NCBI GenBank assembly: GCA_028534125.1 | Contig: CM052817.1 | Span: 87,112,001 to 87,176,000, forward strand | Reading direction: 5' to 3' | DNA length: 64,000 nucleotides | Origin: Lama glama | Lineage: Eukaryota | In this document: in pieces, positions 62,079 through 64,000 of the stretch | Layout: every line of letters begins with the position of its first letter | Numbering within the stretch: position 1 is the first letter of the stretch | Position numbers and translations under genes: made by a program | The notes under the pieces: model-generated | What the model was told of the DNA's origin: nothing | The model's input: the letters and a program-made list of their open reading frames with translations, nothing else | Databases searched by the model: none

Positions 62079-62749
62079 CAGTGATTATTTCTGATGAAAC
62101 CTGACATTGACTGGATGCAGAGAGACTGTGTGCTCAGCAGTTAGGGTATCAGCCCTGATAGAAGAAAGAGGGCTGTATGTGGTCTGCTCGCTTGCTTGTT
62201 TTTTCCCCACCTAATGTCCAAAAAACAATCATGGGATTATAAAGAAGTAGTGTGATGAATAAAGCCAATAATATAATCAAAGCACAGGTATATTCACTTG
62301 TTAAAGAACTTTACAAATTCCTTCTTGTTAAGAAATTAACTATGTGTCTCAGACATTTATAACTAAGCTAAAAGTCTGTAAAAATTGTGTATTTATTTTA
62401 TTCTGAGTTTCAGATTTAGTACTTCTCAAACATTTTGTTGCCTACACAGTCCTGAGCTAAAGAGCTCCTTTAGGTTTTGCTATAAAGATGTAAGTAAAAT
62501 GGAATAAAAACTTAAATGCTACTGGCAATAGACCTACAAAATCACACCCTGAGCAAAGCATGGGACCTCATGATTAAATTATAGAAATGGCTCATTTCTA
62601 GATTCTTAGCAAAGAGTGACTGTTTCTTAAGTTGATACAATTGTGTGTTTCTAGAACAAAACAGAGTACAAGAGAGAAAATACAGCATTATTTGAGATAC
62701 TCAATATATAAATTTATTTATGTATTTATTTATATTTTATACTTTTTCA

Positions 62750-63420
62750 CTGGGTCTTGCTAATGTAGCTGTTTCTGTTAGATCATATGATAGATTTAAG
62801 TTTCATTTTTCAAAATAAAAAATGCCAATTTTCCAAATTGATTGTATCATTTTACGTTTTCACCAGCAGTATATGAGAATTTAATTTCCTCCACATGTTC
62901 AGTAATATTTTGTGATTGTCTGTTTTTTTTTTAAATTGTTGCCAAAATAATGGATTTGTAGGGGTGTTTTATGCTTTTAATTTGCATTTTTAAAATAAAA
63001 TGATATTAATGTTATGATGTTAAGCATATTTGATGTGCTTATTTACCATTCTTAATGTTCTTTTGTGAATTGTCTGTTAATTCTTTTGTGTATTTCTCAT
63101 ACTGATTTGATTTGTCTTTTTATTATTGATTTATAAAAGTTCTCAACGCAAGTCCTTTGTCAGATATGCATGTAATGAACATTTTCTCCCAGTTTGTGAC
63201 TTGCTTTTCTACATTAAATTTGTGACCTATGAAGAGCAAAAGTTTAAAATTTTGATCAAGTTCAGTTCATCAGGATTTTCTTTTATATTCTGTGCTTTTG
63301 TTTTCTATCTGAGAAATTTTCTATTTGAGAATCTTTGGCCATTCCAAGATCATAAAGAGCTTTGCTTACGTTTTTTCTAGAAGTTTTATTCTTTGAATCT
63401 TTAGAATTTTAAAATATTCA
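62750..63420 (-). mobile_element. Old L1 ORF2 3' fragment
   Basis: CACCAGCAGTATATGAGAAT..CCTCCACAT; AGTCCTTTGTCAGATATGCATG..ATTTTCTCCCAGTTTGTG. Confidence 0.8.
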
Positions 63421-63523
63421 TGTTATAAATGGTGTTCTTCTTATATTAATTTAAATATTAAGAGGAAGAATTACATTTCTCTTTTTTTTTAAGTTTTGAA
63501 ATTTTGTTTTATTATTTTTCCAG

Positions 63524-63601
63524 AGATGATGATGAAACTAGATAATTATGGAGAACTTTCCATGATCCAGAATTATCACATTGGCTGATAAGAACAACTA
63601 T
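63524..63601 (+). pseudogene. Candidate decayed exon L
   Basis: Strong ttttattatttttccAG acceptor and TAT|gtaagg donor. 78 nt, symmetric; phase 2: DDDETR*LWRTFHDPELSHWLIRTT. All three frames contain a stop. Confidence 0.5.
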
Positions 63602-64000
63602 GTAAGGTACTTTCTAACAATCTGTTTTCTATAGTCCTGTATAATACAAGCTGAAATAAAAAGAGGTTATGCTTAGAGTCACTCATCTAGTAAGTAGTAT
63701 ATTTGAGATCTTTCCAAACAGTACAATTTCAACAGCAAACATATTATTAAATATATTATGTCTCAAATGTGTAATTATTCTTGACCAATAATTTAAAAAA
63801 TTTTTACTAATTTAATACAAAAAGCAAACCTTCAACTTTTGATTGTTTGTCTTAAACACTACAATGCATATACATCCTAAAGTTTTAAAAATTCATTTGG
63901 GAAATTATTTCTACCTTATGCTTTTTATTTATTCTGCATATCTGTGTTTTATTTATATTTTTATTTGTTGAGATATAGTATGCATTTGGGGTTTTGTTTT

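Noticed and set aside
1..64000. CRISPR arrays, operons, rRNA or other prokaryotic systems
   Set aside because: The sequence is clearly mammalian repeat-rich DNA, with no regularly spaced repeat-spacer array or dense ORFs.

Overview
AT-rich, CpG-poor, repeat-dense mammalian DNA, most likely camelid (alpaca/llama/camel). That call rests on a Vic-1-type tRNA-derived SINE at ~62.0 kb and artiodactyl-type L1 3' ends, with no Alu/B1/BovB-type SINEs seen. No intact protein-coding gene can be supported; the ORF track is mostly noise from L1, LTR and microsatellite sequence. Recognisable content: old L1, L2 and MIR fragments, hAT DNA transposons (Zaphod, MER58A), MaLR/ERVL LTRs, a decayed ERVL gag-pro-RT-RNaseH element fused to an LTR16-like end (15.6-18.3 kb), several ERV1 solo LTRs, and an internally deleted two-LTR ERV1 provirus with tRNA-Ile PBS, gag and protease (58.0-61.4 kb). 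The most interesting signal is a series of ~12 short, non-repetitive, AG...GT-bounded segments on the + strand across the whole window (1.0 to 63.6 kb). Most can be joined in compatible splice phases and read as protein with scattered stops and frameshifts. I interpret this tentatively as the fossil exon chain of an unidentified multi-exon gene (unitary pseudogene), but I cannot name it. Repeat family names come from recall of consensus sequences, not a database search, and boundaries of old repeats are approximate.
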